A stretch of DNA of 29,157 nucleotides, from IMG/VR virus record IMGVR_UViG_3300037422_000387, positions 1-29,157 of that record; one strand, written 5' to 3'. Source of the stretch: a virus (taxonomy: Duplodnaviria > Caudoviricetes). This document shows, piece by piece, positions 27,077-29,157 of the stretch. The notes under the pieces were generated by a model. It saw only the letters and a program-made list of their open reading frames with translations. It was not told the origin of the DNA and did no database searches. Numbering within the stretch: the stretch's first letter is position 1; every line of letters starts with the position of its first letter. The position numbers and the translations under genes are program-made.

Positions 27077-27116
27077 TTATCCCGTTTGAATCAAAAAATT
27101 ATCTCGTTTGCGCGCA
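27077..27116. repeat. Transposon-type right end: TTATCCCGTTTG (27077-27088), TTATCTCGTTTG (27099-27110), terminal CA (27115-27116)
   Basis: 11/12 identical direct repeats at a 22-bp period, located where the ggt reading frame breaks off. Confidence 0.75.
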
Positions 27117-27879
27117 CGGCCACGCCGGGTTGCACGCGATAGTTCAGCAAATCACTTTGCCGCAAAAAGCCGCCGTGTGCTGCGACGTCGCGCGCCATCG
27201 CGGCGGCCAGCTCGCCGCGATAGAACACGGCAATGCCCCCCGCCGCGATTTGCCGCAGCACGCGCGTGAGCCGGGGCTGGCAAAAAGTTTCGCCCTCTTG
27301 CCAGGCCGCGCCGTCCGGTTTGAGAAAATTTTGCGCCGCGCCGGGATTGCGCGCCAGCGCCGCGCGCGCCTGTCGCCACGTCGCCGCCAGGCGCGGCGGC
27401 ACGCTGAAACCCTTTTCGGCCAATAGCAGCGCGGGTTGCAGCACTTCGGCAAATTTCAGTTTGCCGTAGCGGCGCTGCATGGCCGCCACCGCCGCCAACC
27501 CGCCGGGCACGGGTACGAGCGCGTAACCGGCGCGTTCGTCTTTGGCGTCGCGCAAGGCAGGGACGCCGACGGGCGCAGCGGTCGCGCCGTCGAGCACCAC
27601 GATTTCGCCGTTGCGCAAGCGCAGCAGAATTTGCGCCCGCCCGCCCAGGCTGGCATTCGCCGGGTCGGTCACACACAACGCAAACCAGGCGGCGGCGGCG
27701 GCGTCCATCGCGTTGCCGCCCGCTTCCAGCATCTGCACGGCGGCGGTGGTCGCGTAAGTGGAACCCGTCGCCGCCATCCCCGTCCGGCTGTGGGCGAATT
27801 TTTGCGCGCCGACGGTTTGCGCGGCGAGATTGCTGCACAGCAGGAGCAGCAAACACAAACCTGTTCCGATCAATTTCAT
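27117..27879 (-). pseudogene. ggt: Gamma-glutamyltransferase, 5' half, interrupted by the prophage
   Basis: 'LEAGGNAMDAAAA', 'DPANASLGG', 'VPVPG' and 'FYRGELA' motifs plus a signal peptide. About 255 native codons only, lacking the catalytic Thr small subunit. Start overlaps the upstream stop (ATGA). Confidence 0.88.
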
Positions 27880-29032
27880 GCTCTTCGGCTCAGCCATTCG
27901 CCCAGGTGGTCAAGCGCGGTCAGCACCGGTCCGCAATGTTCACGCAAAAATGCTTCACCCAATGCTGCATCGCCGGGCATCTCTTCCGCCGCCGCCAATG
28001 CCTGCGCGCCGTCGAAATCAACATAAGCCAGCCGCGCCGTCAGCTCCGTCGCGGGCCGCCCGAAATCGGCGCCGGGCAGAAGCGCCACGCCGGTTTCATC
28101 CAACAGTTGTTTGCACAATGCGGCGCTCGACGTCACCCCGCGCGCGTGCAGGCTGGCGGCGTGCGGAGTGAAGTCGGGAAACAGATAAAATGCGCCGTCC
28201 GGCGTCGGGGCGCGGACGCCAAAGCTTTGCAAATGCCGACTGACGTGGCCGCCCAGCGCACACAGCACACGGCGCGCCTGGGTCAGGTATTGCTCGATGG
28301 GTTCGGCGCGCTCGAAGGCGGTGACAGCAGCGTGTTGAATCGGCGCGGCGACCGCAGAAAAAGTTTCGCTGGCGACGCAGGCCATCGCGTCCTGGAGCCA
28401 GCGCAATTCACGCGGAAAACAAAACGTGCCCAGCCGCCAGCCGCCCGCGCCGCACCATTTGCTCAGGCCGCTGCTGACCACCGTGCCACCGGGATAAAAC
28501 CGCGCGATGGAAATGTGCTCCCCGGCGTGATGCAACTCGCCGTAAATCTCATCGGCCACGATCAGCAACGCGTGTCGCCGCGCCACCTGCGCCAGCGCCT
28601 CCAGTTGCGCGGCAGCGTAAGACAGCCCGGTCGGATTGTTCGGATAATTCAACACCAGCAGGCGCGGACGCCCCGCCGTGGCCTGGCAGATTTGTTCCAA
28701 CGCGGCGGGCGTCAGGCGCCAGCCGTCGGCGCGCTGCGTTTGTGCCCAATGCACTGCATGGCCGAGCAGCCGGGCCTGCGGCTCATACGACACCCAACCG
28801 GGCGCGGGCAAAATCAAATCGGCCTGATAAACCAGTTGCGCCAGAAAGAGCAGTTCTTTCGAGCCGGGGCCGATCAGGATGTCTTCGGCGCTCGTCGGCA
28901 AGCCGTGCCAGCGCTGGTGAAATTCGGCTACAGCGGCGCGCAGGGCAGGCAGCCCTTTGACCGGCAGATAATCCTTTTGAAAGGCGTTGGCCTGCAACGC
29001 CGCGACGACGGAAGGCGGAATCGGAAAGGGCG
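27876..29032 (-). pseudogene. PLP-dependent class I/II aminotransferase, native 5' end displaced by an IS
   Basis: 'GPGSKE', 'NYPNNPTG', 'DEIY', 'SGLSKWCGAGGWRLG' and 'GAFY' motifs. Family-like sequence starts abruptly at 'PFPIP'. The ORF-track start at 29102 lies inside the IS. Confidence 0.8.
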
Positions 29033-29157
29033 GGGTGTGATTAAAAGTGAGACACAGATTCAATCGATTCCTTGATTGTGTCTGGTCCAGTATGTTTGCC
29101 ATTCACCGTTGGCGCGTGTGACCCGAAGCGCAAGCATCTTTCGGGCATTCTCTTCCA
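29033..29157 (-). mobile_element. End of an ISKra4-like (IS256/Mutator-related) insertion sequence
   Basis: Terminal GGGTGTGATTAAAAGTG at 29033, a composition shift to AT-rich sequence, and a transposase-like C-terminus reading toward it. Confidence 0.65.
29060..29157 (-). CDS. Transposase C-terminus (partial; not in the ORF track)
   Basis: Manual translation EENARKMLALRVTRANGEWQTYWTRHNQGID*, resembling the 'NA..ML.LR....NG.W..YW' end of ISKra4-family transposases. Confidence 0.65.
   Translation of the reverse strand, partial: EENARKMLALRVTRANGEWQTYWTRHNQGID

Larger units (their letters stand above)
1..27116 (+). mobile_element. Prophage, late-gene half of a siphovirus-like and probably transposable (Mu-like) phage; left part lies outside the window
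   Basis: Continuous head-neck-tail operon from 292 to 27030. No sheath gene and a long tape measure. Ends in CA at 27115-27116 preceded by two direct repeats, and interrupts a host ggt gene. Confidence 0.93.

Overview
Most of the window (about 1-27116) is the late half of a siphovirus-type prophage on the + strand. Gene order: holin-like gene, terminase small-like and large subunits, portal, MuF/gp7 head protein, protease with nested scaffold, decoration protein, major capsid, neck and tail-completion genes, tail tube, frameshifted tail chaperones, tape measure, distal tail, a gpL-gpJ-like hub, two tail fibres and a LamG module. It ends at a Mu-like terminus: two 12-bp repeats 22 bp apart, then a terminal CA at 27116. 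That end truncates a host gamma-glutamyltransferase gene. The neighbouring host aminotransferase appears to have lost its 5' end to an ISKra4-like IS at the window edge. The most striking observations are (1) both tail-fibre-like proteins, plus two more late genes, start with Sec-type signal peptides, and the fibres carry paired cysteines, suggesting exported, periplasmically matured virion fibres; and (2) an A AAA AAG slippery site that would fuse portal and MuF by -1 frameshifting. All family assignments come from motif recognition and synteny, not database searches.
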